From contig JACRIU010000102.1 of the NCBI GenBank assembly GCA_016235775.1, forward strand, positions 32,721-96,720: a DNA stretch of 64,000 bases, in the 5' to 3' direction. Shown here piece by piece: positions 1 to 9,177 of this stretch; position 1 is the first letter of the stretch, and every line of letters begins with the position of its first letter. The DNA comes from Hydrogenophilales bacterium (GTDB lineage Bacteria; Pseudomonadota; Gammaproteobacteria; Burkholderiales; Thiobacteraceae). The position numbers and the translations under genes are program-made. The notes beneath the pieces were generated by a model. That model had not been told where the DNA came from, did not search any database, and saw only the letters and a program-made list of their open reading frames with translations.

Positions 1-258
1 CTCCAGCAAGCGCAGGTAGTCCGCGAACGTGCGCAAACCGCTTGCGCGCAGCCGGCGCGCCACCCGGCTATACACCATGTCACGCTTGATCGGCGAGAGC
101 GAAATGCCGGCGCGCTCGTAAATCAATTTGCGAATATGCTCGAAGTCCTGGTCGGTAAACAGAAACTCGCGCTCGTCACCCGGTACGCCCGAGGCGGAAA
201 CCACAGCTTCCTGCGGGGGTTTGGATAGGACTGACGATCTTGCGTTTGGCTTAAGCAT
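1..258 (-). CDS. cheR: Chemotaxis methyltransferase CheR, N-terminal part (continues beyond window edge)
   Basis: Manual minus-strand translation from ATG at 258 gives MLKPNARSS...[55 protein letters not shown], the CheR N-terminal helical domain pattern. It lies directly downstream of cheW. Confidence 0.7.
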   Translation of the reverse strand, partial: MLKPNARSSVLSKPPQEAVVSASGVPGDEREFLFTDQDFEHIRKLIYERAGISLSPIKRDMVYSRVARRLRASGLRTFADYLRLLE

Positions 259-736
259 CAATCAACTCCAAATCCGGGCTCATCAATAGCGCTTCAATAT
301 CAATCAGGATAATCATCCGATCCTCCTTGGCGCCGAGCCCCTGAATGAATTGCGTATCCAGGGTAGAAGCCAGCTCCGGCGGCGGCTTGATTTGGGCTGC
401 ACCGAGAATCGTGACATCCGATACCCCATCGACCACGATGCCGATCACGCGGCCCGCCACATTCAGAATAATCACCACCGTAAACAGATTGTATTCAGCC
501 GCGCCGAGATTGAATTTGATGCGCAAATCCACGATCGGCACGATCACCCCGCGCAGGTTGATCACGCCCTTGATGAATTCCGGCGTGTTCGCGATATGCG
601 TCACCGCGTCATAGCCGCGGATTTCCTGCACCTTGAGGATGTCGATGCCGTATTCTTCCGCGCCGAGCGTGAAGGTTAAAAATTCACGGCCAGCGGCGTT
701 ATCTGCTTGATCTGATGAAGGCGTGGCTTCGCTCAT
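251..736 (-). CDS. cheW: Chemotaxis coupling protein CheW
   Basis: 161-aa ORF with the typical CheW-domain signature ([24 protein letters not shown]...[14 protein letters not shown]). Sits in the che cluster. Confidence 0.9.
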   Translation of the reverse strand: MSEATPSSDQADNAAGREFLTFTLGAEEYGIDILKVQEIRGYDAVTHIANTPEFIKGVINLRGVIVPIVDLRIKFNLGAAEYNLFTVVIILNVAGRVIGIVVDGVSDVTILGAAQIKPPPELASTLDTQFIQGLGAKEDRMIILIDIEALLMSPDLELIDA

Positions 737-748
737 GAAAAGGCTTGA

Positions 749-2848
749 TCAGCTTAAATTGCGCGACATGCGCACCAACGCCACCATATCCAGGATCAGC
801 GCCACCTTGCCGTCGCCCATGATGGTGGCGGCGGAAATGCCCCGTACCTTGCGGAAATTCGTTTCCAAGCTCTTGATTACCACCTGGTGCTGGCCCACCA
901 ACTCATCCACCAGCAGCGCGGCCTTGGCGCCATCCGATTCGATGATGACCAGAATGCCCTTGCTCGGATCGCGCGTCTTGGGGCGAATATTGAATAAGCC
1001 ATGCAGCGCCACCAGCGGCAGATATTCGCCGCGCACGTTCACCACGCGTCCGTCGCTCGCCACGGTTTTGACATCGTGCTCCGCCGGTTGCAGCGACTCG
1101 ATGATGTAATTGAGCGGAATGATGAAAATTTCATCACCCACCGCGACCGACATCCCGTCCAGAATCGCCAGCGTCAGCGGCAGGCGAATCGTCACCCTGG
1201 TGCCGGTTCCCGTTTTGGAATCCAGCTCGACCCGGCCGCCCATGCCCTCGATATTCCGCTTCACCACATCCATGCCCACCCCGCGCCCCGAAACATCGGT
1301 CACCACTTCGGCGGTGGAGAAGCCGGGCGCGAAAATCAACAGCCATACTTCCTGATCGGTGATGCTATCGCTGACGGGAATGCCTTTCTCTTTCGCCTTG
1401 GCCAGGATGCGCTCGCGGCTCAAGCCGCCGCCATCGTCGGAAACCTCGATCACGATATTGCCGCCTTGATGCGAAGCGCGCAGCGTCAGCGTGCCTTTTG
1501 GATTCTTGCCCGCCGCGATGCGCTTTTCGGGCGTTTCGATGCCATGGTCGAGGCTATTGCGCACCAAGTGGGTGAGGGGGTCGGCGATCTTCTCGATCAA
1601 GCCCTTGTCCAGTTCCGTTCCTTCGCCAATCGTGCGCAACTCGACCTGCTTGCCGAGCTTAGTGGCCACGTCGCGCACCACGCGCGGAAAGCGGCTGAAC
1701 ACGAAACTGATCGGCATCATGCGAATCGACATCACCGACTCTTGCAGATCGCGGGTATTGCGCTCCAGTTGAGAGACGCTATTCAACAGCACCTCATACA
1801 ACGCCGGATCAACATTGGCGGTGGTCTGCGCCAGCATGGCCTGGGTAATCACCAACTCGCCAACCAGGTTGATGAGTTGATCCACTTTTTCCACGCTGAC
1901 GCGGATCGAAGCGCCTTCCGCATTGGCGGTTGCGGGCGTCACCGTTTTGGCGGGCGCGGCGGCCAGGGGCTTGCTTGGCGCGGCTGCCGCCACTTGCTTG
2001 ATTTGCTCCATCCCCGGCGCATCGTCGAACAAGCCGAAACCCTCATCGGCTTCTTGTTGCGATTTTAATTCTGCGGGTGAAACGAATAATCCGAAACCGT
2101 CGCCTTCCTCCGCCACCGGCGGCGCTTCCGGCGCGCCGGGGTTGCCTTCGAAGAAGCCGAATGCCTCGCGCGCGAATTCGGCAGGGTCGATTTCGCCTGT
2201 CGCCAGCACGACTTGCTTGAGGCTCACCACGTATTGAATCATTTCCAACAGATCGCTCTCGGACAGAGCCGTGTCGAGCATGATCGACAAATTTTCATTG
2301 CCCGATTCTTCTTGAACTTTCAGATCGCCGTTCCCGGCGAGCTCCCGCAGCAGATTTTCCAGCTTGGCTTTCGCCACGCGCTTGAAAGCGAGGTGAAAGC
2401 GAGATCTGCCTTGCTTAGGCGTCACGTTGGGCGGGGGGGCAGCCACCGGCGCGGCGTCTTCGCCGGCCATTTTGGCGAGCACTGCGCAAACATGTTCTAC
2501 CGTCGCCTCATCCACGCCCGCGCCGCCGCTCCGATGCGCATCAAGCTGGCCTTTCAACACATCGCCGGCTTCCAGAAATACATCGATCATTTCCTGGCGC
2601 AACGCGAGCTCGCCCTTGCGAATCTTATCCAGAAGATTTTCGAGAATATGCGTCACCCCGGTCATATCGGTGAAGCCGAAGGTGCCGCTGCCGCCCTTGA
2701 TCGAATGCGCGGCGCGAAAAACCGCGTTCAATTCGTCGGGGTCGGGCGCATGGATATCGAGCTTGAGCAGCAGGCTTTCCATCGAGGCCAAATGCTCCGC
2801 GGCTTCCTCGAAGAACACCTCATAAAACTGACTCATATCGACCGTCAT
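749..2848 (-). CDS. cheA: Chemotaxis histidine kinase CheA
   Basis: 699 aa. Hpt P1 motif AAHSIKGGSGTFG, HATPase region (VSDDGGGL, GRGVGMDVV) and a C-terminal CheW-like domain. Confidence 0.95.
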   Translation of the reverse strand: MTVDMSQFYEVFFEEAAEHLASMESLLLKLDIHAPDPDELNAVFRAAHSIKGGSGTFGFTDMTGVTHILENLLDKIRKGELALRQEMIDVFLEAGDVLKGQLDAHRSGGAGVDEATVEHVCAVLAKMAGEDAAPVAAPPPNVTPKQGRSRFHLAFKRVAKAKLENLLRELAGNGDLKVQEESGNENLSIMLDTALSESDLLEMIQYVVSLKQVVLATGEIDPAEFAREAFGFFEGNPGAPEAPPVAEEGDGFGLFVSPAELKSQQEADEGFGLFDDAPGMEQIKQVAAAAPSKPLAAAPAKTVTPATANAEGASIRVSVEKVDQLINLVGELVITQAMLAQTTANVDPALYEVLLNSVSQLERNTRDLQESVMSIRMMPISFVFSRFPRVVRDVATKLGKQVELRTIGEGTELDKGLIEKIADPLTHLVRNSLDHGIETPEKRIAAGKNPKGTLTLRASHQGGNIVIEVSDDGGGLSRERILAKAKEKGIPVSDSITDQEVWLLIFAPGFSTAEVVTDVSGRGVGMDVVKRNIEGMGGRVELDSKTGTGTRVTIRLPLTLAILDGMSVAVGDEIFIIPLNYIIESLQPAEHDVKTVASDGRVVNVRGEYLPLVALHGLFNIRPKTRDPSKGILVIIESDGAKAALLVDELVGQHQVVIKSLETNFRKVRGISAATIMGDGKVALILDMVALVRMSRNLS

Positions 2849-2901
2849 GGCGAGCCTATTGAATAATCATGTTTAGCGATGGAGGAAAATAGCGGCGGCG
2901 T

Positions 2902-3267
2902 TCAGCCGATGACTTTCTTCACCACATCCATCAATTTTTGCGGGTCGAACGGCTTCACCAGCCAGCCGGTTGCCCCGGCCGCTTTGCCTTGGGTTTTCAT
3001 CGCATCGCCGGCCTCGGTGGTCAGCACCAGAATCGGCGTGCTCTTGTATTGCGGTATGGCGCGCAGCGATTTGATCAGCGTAATGCCATCCATCTTCGGC
3101 ATGTTTTGATCGGTGAGCACCAGATTGAAGGGCTTGGATTTCGCCTTGTTCAGGCCATCCTCGCCGTCCACCGCTTCCACTACCTCGTAGCCCGCACCCT
3201 TGAGGGTAAACGCCACCATTTGCCGGATGGACGCGGAATCGTCCACCGCTAAAATTGTCTTTGCCAT
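2902..3267 (-). CDS. cheY: CheY-like single-domain response regulator
   Basis: 121-aa REC domain: ILAVDDS, phospho-acceptor context LVLTDQNMPKMDG, and LVKPF lysine. Confidence 0.9.
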   Translation of the reverse strand: MAKTILAVDDSASIRQMVAFTLKGAGYEVVEAVDGEDGLNKAKSKPFNLVLTDQNMPKMDGITLIKSLRAIPQYKSTPILVLTTEAGDAMKTQGKAAGATGWLVKPFDPQKLMDVVKKVIG

Positions 3268-3294
3268 CTGATTTCCTTTTTCTATACCGGCTGG

Positions 3295-4566
3295 TTAGAA
3301 CAGATCGACGTCTCCCGACGCCATCTTTCCCTGGGAGACCGGCCCTGCACCGGTAGGCCCGAGCGCGCTGGCTTGCGCCAGCGCCGTTTGGTTCTGTTGG
3401 AGATATCGGCTCAAATCCGGCAAGGCTTGAATCGTCACTGCCGCACTGCGTACCCCTTCCATTTCCCGGAGCGTATGCGACATGGCTGAGATGCGGTCGT
3501 TTACCCGCGCGATCAACTGCGAGGCCAGATCCTGAAATTGGAGCGAGGTCACCGTCACGCGCACTTCACCTTCCACTTCCTTGGCGATGCAGGTGATTTG
3601 ATCCACCGCGCCGGTCATCATGTGGTTCATGTCCTGCACGCGCTCCAGCATGCCTACTACGCGCTGCTTCGAGTTGAGCGCAAATTGCATGTCCTTAGAA
3701 GCCATGCCGTTGATCGCATGCTCGGCTGCTTGCACCGAGCCATGCACGCCGCTCATGTAACCGCGTATCTGCTCGGAGAATTGCCCGGAGCGCATCGACA
3801 AGTTGCGCACCTCGTCCGCCACCACCGCGAAGCCGCGGCCGGACTCACCCGCGCGCGCCGCCTCGATCGCCGCATTCAACGCCAGCAAATTGGTTTGTTT
3901 TGAAATCGAATCGATCTCGCCCAGCACGCACAGAATGGTTTTCACGCGCGCGATGATGTCATCCATCATCCCCACCAGTTCCATCCCCACCCGGCTGGTG
4001 TCCACGGTGGTATCGACAAATACCGAGAGTGTGTTGGAAATTTCCTGCACGAAGGATTCGAAGCTGACCGGCTGCGTGTCGCTCGCCTCTGTTTCGCCCC
4101 GGTTGTGGTCGGCCAGATTAAGCGCCAGGCTCTGCTGCTGGCGGGTATGGCTTTCCAGGCTGGTGAAGCTCGACACCAGTTTCCCCACCGCATCGCTCAA
4201 GAGTTCGCGCACCTGCTCCAATTCCTGGCCGGCTTGCATGTACTGCGTGCTGAAATTCTCGGTCAGGCGGCTCAATAGATGATCGAGTTCCTGCCGCACC
4301 TCGTCCACCTCCGTGACGGCGTGTGCGGCCACGTTCGCGTTCCGCGCTTGTGCGCGGCCGATCAGCGCCAGGCTGGTTGCCGCCAGGGCGGCGAAGGCCA
4401 TGCCGAATACCGCCCAAGCGCCCGCGCCCGCATGCAGCGAGGCCCCCAAGAGCCAAGCCAGCCCGGCCGCCAGCCCGCCGGCGAACGCGCCGCCGGCCAG
4501 CAGAATCAGCGCGGGCTTGACGCGGGGTGAAGATTGGCGCGTGCTTTCCAAATCGTTTTTATTCAT
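3295..4566 (-). CDS. Methyl-accepting chemotaxis protein (membrane-anchored, no obvious periplasmic ligand domain)
   Basis: Conserved signalling hairpin [31 protein letters not shown] and two adjacent N-terminal TM helices. The ORF extends to 4662, but MNKNDLE (4566) is the more plausible start. Confidence 0.85.
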   Translation of the reverse strand: MNKNDLESTRQSSPRVKPALILLAGGAFAGGLAAGLAWLLGASLHAGAGAWAVFGMAFAALAATSLALIGRAQARNANVAAHAVTEVDEVRQELDHLLSRLTENFSTQYMQAGQELEQVRELLSDAVGKLVSSFTSLESHTRQQQSLALNLADHNRGETEASDTQPVSFESFVQEISNTLSVFVDTTVDTSRVGMELVGMMDDIIARVKTILCVLGEIDSISKQTNLLALNAAIEAARAGESGRGFAVVADEVRNLSMRSGQFSEQIRGYMSGVHGSVQAAEHAINGMASKDMQFALNSKQRVVGMLERVQDMNHMMTGAVDQITCIAKEVEGEVRVTVTSLQFQDLASQLIARVNDRISAMSHTLREMEGVRSAAVTIQALPDLSRYLQQNQTALAQASALGPTGAGPVSQGKMASGDVDLF

Positions 4567-4806
4567 TGTGATGGCTCTGTCCCGATCAAAAATGGCCGCG
4601 CGCCATGAATTATGTTTGCATGGTCGTGTAAGCAAATGTTCTAACGGCATAAATCCGGGCAAACATTAGCCCGGACTGGCATTGCTAAGCATATGAAATA
4701 GGGTGAGAAATCAGACTTGGGGACAAGGCGGGGAATGCCTGCGCCCGTCATCCGGCGCAAATAAGTCTTGAACCATTTGTAGATAGCGGATGCGGCGCAC
4801 CCTGCA

Positions 4807-5907
4807 TCAGGGCTCGGCGAAGCGGGTGCGGATGGCGAGCACCTGGGGCAGCAATTGCATGAAATGCCCGACCAATACCGGGTCGAAATGCTTGCCGCTT
4901 TGCTCGTGGATATGTTCCAGCGCCGCTTCGACGGTCCAGGCGCGCTTGTACGGCCGTTCCGAGGTGAGCGCGTCGAATACGTCGGAGAGCGCCACAATAC
5001 GGCCGGAGAGCGGGATCGCATCGCCTATCAAGCCGTTCGGATAACCCGAGCCATCCCATTTTTCATGATGGCTGAGGACGATCTCGCGCGCCAGGGTGAG
5101 CAAGGCCGAGTCGTCGCCTTCCAGAATATGCGCGCCGATGGCGACATGCGATTTCATGATCTCCCATTCCTCGGGATCGAGCTTGCCGGGCTTGAGCAAA
5201 ACCTGATCAGGGATGCCGATTTTGCCCACGTCGTGCATCGGGCTTGCATGCAGCAGCAGCTCGCAGCGGTCGTCGTCCCAGCCGAGCGCACGCGCCAACA
5301 GCACCGAGGTGTGGCTCATGCGCAGGATATGGAAGCCGGTTTCGTTGTCGCGAAATTCCGCCGCGCGGCCCAGGCGGCGCACGATCTGCAAGCGCGTGGC
5401 GCGCAATGCGCGCGTGCGTTCGCGCACCATCTGCTCCAGCACATCATTCTGGTCGCGCATGTACTTTTGGAACAGTTGCGCCTCGATCAGGTTGCGCACC
5501 CGCGCCAGCATCTCTGCGCGGTCGAAAGGCTTGGTCAGATAATCGCGCGCGCCGTTTTCCAGCGCGCGCAGCCGATGCTCATGCCCTTGCTGCGCGGTCA
5601 GCACCAGCACCGGCGGCAGCGCCTTGCCGGATTTTTCCTTGAGCAGATCCAGCACGGCAAAGCCGTCCAAATGCGGCATATTCAGATCGAGCAGAATAAT
5701 GTCGGGCACGCCGCGTTCGTAGGCCGGCATCACTTCGCGCGGGTCTTCGATCAGCGTCAGATTCTCATAACCCTGACGATTCAGCATTTTTTCCAGCAGC
5801 TTCAGGTTGGCGGGCTCATCGTCCACGATGAGGATGCGGGCGCTGGTATGGTCCACGATGGGCGTCGATATTTTTTGCATGAGTTTATCTTTGAAAGCGA
5901 TTGGCAA
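4807..5907 (-). CDS. Response regulator with HD-GYP c-di-GMP phosphodiesterase domain (RpfG-like)
   Basis: REC (ILIVDDEP, LLDLNMPHLDG) followed by HD-GYP motifs HDVGKIGIPD and HHEKWDGSGYP. The start may be the internal Met at 5880. Confidence 0.9.
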   Translation of the reverse strand: MPIAFKDKLMQKISTPIVDHTSARILIVDDEPANLKLLEKMLNRQGYENLTLIEDPREVMPAYERGVPDIILLDLNMPHLDGFAVLDLLKEKSGKALPPVLVLTAQQGHEHRLRALENGARDYLTKPFDRAEMLARVRNLIEAQLFQKYMRDQNDVLEQMVRERTRALRATRLQIVRRLGRAAEFRDNETGFHILRMSHTSVLLARALGWDDDRCELLLHASPMHDVGKIGIPDQVLLKPGKLDPEEWEIMKSHVAIGAHILEGDDSALLTLAREIVLSHHEKWDGSGYPNGLIGDAIPLSGRIVALSDVFDALTSERPYKRAWTVEAALEHIHEQSGKHFDPVLVGHFMQLLPQVLAIRTRFAEP

Positions 5908-5967
5908 TGATTATCGGCAAGAATGCATGAAAATTGAGCGCAATAATCCTTTTCCCATTTCTTTCCC

Positions 5968-6080
5968 CCGGAGTACACGGAGAGATAGGGTAGGGGCCGG
6001 GCATGCCCGGCCCGCCATTGACGCCGGGCGAGGCATGCCTCGCCCCTACAGGAATTCGCTGATGGGATGATTCGGCGTGT
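5968..6080. repeat. Composite intergenic repeat: CACGGAG-type arm plus paired REP palindromes (BIME-like)
   Basis: GTAGGGGCCGGGCATGCCCGGCCC (5990-6013) and CGGGCGAGGCATGCCTCGCCCCTAC (6025-6049), flanked by GGAGTACACGGAG / GGCGTGTACGGG. The same architecture recurs at 50304-50507. Confidence 0.8.
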
Positions 6081-6085
6081 ACGGG

Positions 6086-8428
6086 TCATCCGGTTCGGGC
6101 GCGACCCTCCTGGGAGGCCGGATACGATAACAAGCGGTCTATCGCGGCCAGGAACCGCGGCACGTCGATCGGTTTAGTCAGGTAGCCGCTGAATCCGGCG
6201 GCCAGGCCTTTCTCCACATCCTTCGGCATGGCGTTGGCGGTGAGGGCGATCACCGGAATATTGCGTGTGGCCGGGTCATTCCGCAAATGGCGCAGCGCCT
6301 CGAATCCATCCATGCCGGGCAGGTTGATATCGAGCAGGATGAGATCGGGTTGACGTGCCCTGGCGATATCCAATCCTTTCTCGGCGGTGGGGGCGCCGAG
6401 CAGAGACAGGCCGGGTCGCGCGGCGAGGAGTTTTTCCACCAAGCGCAGGTTGGCGGGATTGTCTTCGACGTAGAGCAGGGTGCGCGCGCCGGCGCAAACG
6501 GTCTGAGCGGCTTTGGCTTCAGTGGCGGCCGCCGGCGCGAAAACCTCCGCCGCCAGCGGGAATTCGACCCAGAACGTGCTGCCTTCTCCGGCCACGCTTT
6601 CCACGCCGATCGCGCCGCCCATACTCTCCGCCAGCTTCTTGCACAGGGCGAGCCCGATGCCGGCGCCCTCGATGCCGTCGTTAGACGACTCCACGCGCTC
6701 GAAAGGTATGAACAGGCGCGGCAGCGCATCGGCGGAAATGCCGCGCCCGTTGTCGCGCACCGTGACCCGGCCCCATCCCTCCGGCGCCGAGTGGCAGACA
6801 ATCTCGACGCTGCCGCTCGCATGATTGTATTTGATGGCGTTGGACAGCAAATTGAGCAGAATCTGGCGCAGCCGCAGCCGGTCGGCCCGGACGGCGCAGT
6901 TGCCGGTCTGGCTGCTCAGATGGATGTCGCGCTGCGCCGCCAGGGGCTGCATCAAGGTCATGCACTCCTTGACCAGTTGCGTGACGGACACGGGCTCCGG
7001 CGCCAGCTCAACCCGCCCGCTCTCGATGCGGGCCAGATCCAGCACTTCGTTGATGAGTTCCAGCAGGTGCCGGCCGGCGTGCAGGATCTCGTGCACATTT
7101 TCATGCTGGTCCGGCGAGAGCGGCGTTTGCGCATCCGATTCGAGCAATTGCGCAAAACCCAGAATCGCATTCATCGGCGTGCGCAGTTCATGGCTCATGC
7201 GCGAAAGGAATTCGGACTTGGCCAGATTCGCCCGCTCGGCCTCGTCCTTGGCGCGGGTCAGATCGGCCGTGCGTTGCCCCACCCGGCCTTCGAGTTGCGC
7301 ATTGAATTGTTTGAGCGTTTCTTCCGCTTGCTTGCGCGCGCTGATGTCGGTGGAAATCCCGGCGCTGGCGTAGATTTTCCCCTCGGCATCGACCAAGGGG
7401 AATTTGATCGAGAGGTAGGTGCGCGGGCCATCCGGATGCAATACCAGCGCTTCGGATTCGATGATCATTTTCTGCTTGATCACTTCGAGGTCGTTGGCCC
7501 GAAATGCATCGGCCTCTTCCTTGGGAAAGATATCGTGGTCGCGCCGGCCTTTGATCTCGGCATCGGTGATGTTGAACAGGCGCTCGAACACCCGGTTGAT
7601 CAGCAGATAGCGTCCCGCCGCGTCCTTGACGTAAATCACCGCGCTGCTGTTGTTGATGATGCTCGCCAGCAGGGCTTCGCTCTCGCGCAGGCGCCCGTTG
7701 GCCTCGTTCATCTCCCGGTAGGCGCTGCGCAGATTCCGGCGCATGGCGTTGATGGCCTGCGTCAGATGATCCAGCGCATCCGGCCGCCAGCGCCCCGTTT
7801 CAGGCCGGTCAAGCTTCAAATCCTCGCCTTCCAGCCCTTGCACGCGGAGCGAGCGCGCATAGGCGGATAACTTGGCCAAGTGGCGGGTAATCAAAAGCTG
7901 CAACACCAACAGCATGAAAGCCGCCACCAGCAATGTCTTGATGCCGTTTTCGACCAGCACGACCAGCAACTGATCAAACAAGCGCGTCCAGACTTTGTCG
8001 AGGCTGGCGATCACGCGCACCTCACCGATGGGCACATGCCGGCCGCGATACGGATGCGTCAGCCGCATCTCGTCTGTCAGCCGGCGGGACGACGTCTGGG
8101 CGCCGGCGGACCAACGCAACTGTCCATCGACATAGATGCCGATGAATTCGATATCGCGCAGCCGCAGCAATCCTTCAAGCTGGGTCTTGATCTGCGTGTT
8201 GTCAACCACCCAGATGCTGTTGACCAGGGTCGGGGCGGCGCTTTCTTGAATGAAGCGGAAGCTGTCGTTTATTTTCCGCACATCCGAGCGGTATGTGTCA
8301 TGGAGCTGGATCGCGGTAATGACGGCGGTGAGCACCGAGCTAAATAGCACGAGCGCGACGATCAGCCGCCGTGCAAGCCCGTTGTCGTTGAAAAAAGCCT
8401 GCCGCAACAAATCTCGATAGCGGGTCAT
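6086..8428 (-). CDS. Hybrid sensor histidine kinase (TM-periplasmic-TM, PAS, HisKA, HATPase, REC)
   Basis: H-box SHELRTPMNAILGF, HATPase DNGRGI/GAGIGLALC, and C-terminal REC LLDINLPGMDG. The ATGA overlap with the upstream binding-protein gene supports the start at 8428; the ORF track extends to 8620. Confidence 0.9.
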   Translation of the reverse strand: MTRYRDLLRQAFFNDNGLARRLIVALVLFSSVLTAVITAIQLHDTYRSDVRKINDSFRFIQESAAPTLVNSIWVVDNTQIKTQLEGLLRLRDIEFIGIYVDGQLRWSAGAQTSSRRLTDEMRLTHPYRGRHVPIGEVRVIASLDKVWTRLFDQLLVVLVENGIKTLLVAAFMLLVLQLLITRHLAKLSAYARSLRVQGLEGEDLKLDRPETGRWRPDALDHLTQAINAMRRNLRSAYREMNEANGRLRESEALLASIINNSSAVIYVKDAAGRYLLINRVFERLFNITDAEIKGRRDHDIFPKEEADAFRANDLEVIKQKMIIESEALVLHPDGPRTYLSIKFPLVDAEGKIYASAGISTDISARKQAEETLKQFNAQLEGRVGQRTADLTRAKDEAERANLAKSEFLSRMSHELRTPMNAILGFAQLLESDAQTPLSPDQHENVHEILHAGRHLLELINEVLDLARIESGRVELAPEPVSVTQLVKECMTLMQPLAAQRDIHLSSQTGNCAVRADRLRLRQILLNLLSNAIKYNHASGSVEIVCHSAPEGWGRVTVRDNGRGISADALPRLFIPFERVESSNDGIEGAGIGLALCKKLAESMGGAIGVESVAGEGSTFWVEFPLAAEVFAPAAATEAKAAQTVCAGARTLLYVEDNPANLRLVEKLLAARPGLSLLGAPTAEKGLDIARARQPDLILLDINLPGMDGFEALRHLRNDPATRNIPVIALTANAMPKDVEKGLAAGFSGYLTKPIDVPRFLAAIDRLLSYPASQEGRARTG

Positions 8429-9168
8429 GGCGCCTCCAGCGGACGCAGCATCTCGTCGGCAATGCGCTGATAGGTTCCGTCCGCCTTCATCTGCGCGAGC
8501 GCCTTGGCCACTTTGGGCGCCAGCGCCGCGTGCCGTTTGTTGAGATAAATGAACATCGCCGACCGGGTGAACGGGGGTTCGATGAGGTGGGCCTCTACGC
8601 CGGTGCGGCGCGCTTCCCACAAGCCTTGCCAGCGATCGGCCAACACCACTTCGGCCCGGCCGTGCTTGAGCAGCGCAAACATCTCCCTCAAGCTCGGTGC
8701 GATGGTCAGTTCCCGGAATTCTTTGACATTCTGTTCATAGATTTTCCAGCCGGCCGTATAGCTCACCCCATAGGGCTTCAGGCCGCCGAGCCCATCGATG
8801 CGCAGTTTTCGATCCAGCGTATAGCCGGCGAATTCGAAATCCATTATTTTTTCCGTAACGCGAATCAGGTCCGGGTATTCTTTTTCCACCGCGGGGGTGC
8901 GCAGCAAATCGCCATCGTCGAGGCCCGTATTGACATTGATGAGCGCCCGCTCTCCCGGCAGTACGCTCACCTCGATGTCGACCCCGATACGGCGAAACGC
9001 TTCCCGCGCCACCTGATCCGCAAACCCAGGGCGACCGGCGCTGGGCGCGATCGGCGGCAGCGCGACCGTCACCAAACGCAGGCGCTGCGCGTGCGCGGCG
9101 GCAGGCAGGCAGACGAGTGAAATAAGAAAAAGCACGACAAATTTCGGTATGGCCTTCGTCATTTCCAT
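8425..9168 (-). CDS. Periplasmic solute-binding protein, family 3-like, coupled to the kinase gene
   Basis: 247 aa with signal peptide (FVVLFLISLVCLPAAAHA). Size and pattern fit amino-acid-type SBPs. Its stop overlaps the kinase start. Confidence 0.7.
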   Translation of the reverse strand: MEMTKAIPKFVVLFLISLVCLPAAAHAQRLRLVTVALPPIAPSAGRPGFADQVAREAFRRIGVDIEVSVLPGERALINVNTGLDDGDLLRTPAVEKEYPDLIRVTEKIMDFEFAGYTLDRKLRIDGLGGLKPYGVSYTAGWKIYEQNVKEFRELTIAPSLREMFALLKHGRAEVVLADRWQGLWEARRTGVEAHLIEPPFTRSAMFIYLNKRHAALAPKVAKALAQMKADGTYQRIADEMLRPLEAP

Positions 9169-9177
9169 GCTCCTTCC

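Noticed and set aside
1001-2068. Long antisense ORFs opposite well-supported genes. Examples: 1001-2068(+), 4855-5910(+), 6287-7870(+), 11710-13389(+), 13941-15170(+), 22146-22940(-), 23085-24056(-), 57107-58471(-), 58490-59485(-), 61083-62036(-).
   Set aside because: Typical high-GC shadow ORFs. They are Arg/Ala/Gly/His-rich low-complexity translations with no motifs, and each overlaps a gene with strong family signatures on the other strand.
8429-8620. N-terminal extension of the hybrid kinase ORF. Similar extensions occur at 4567-4662, 15514-15690, 36494-36964, 51618-51788, 53464-53532 and 60843-60926.
   Set aside because: The extensions overlap upstream genes or are encoded by REP/hairpin repeats. 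Internal Met codons with operon-style ATGA overlaps or SD sequences give proteins with normal N-termini.
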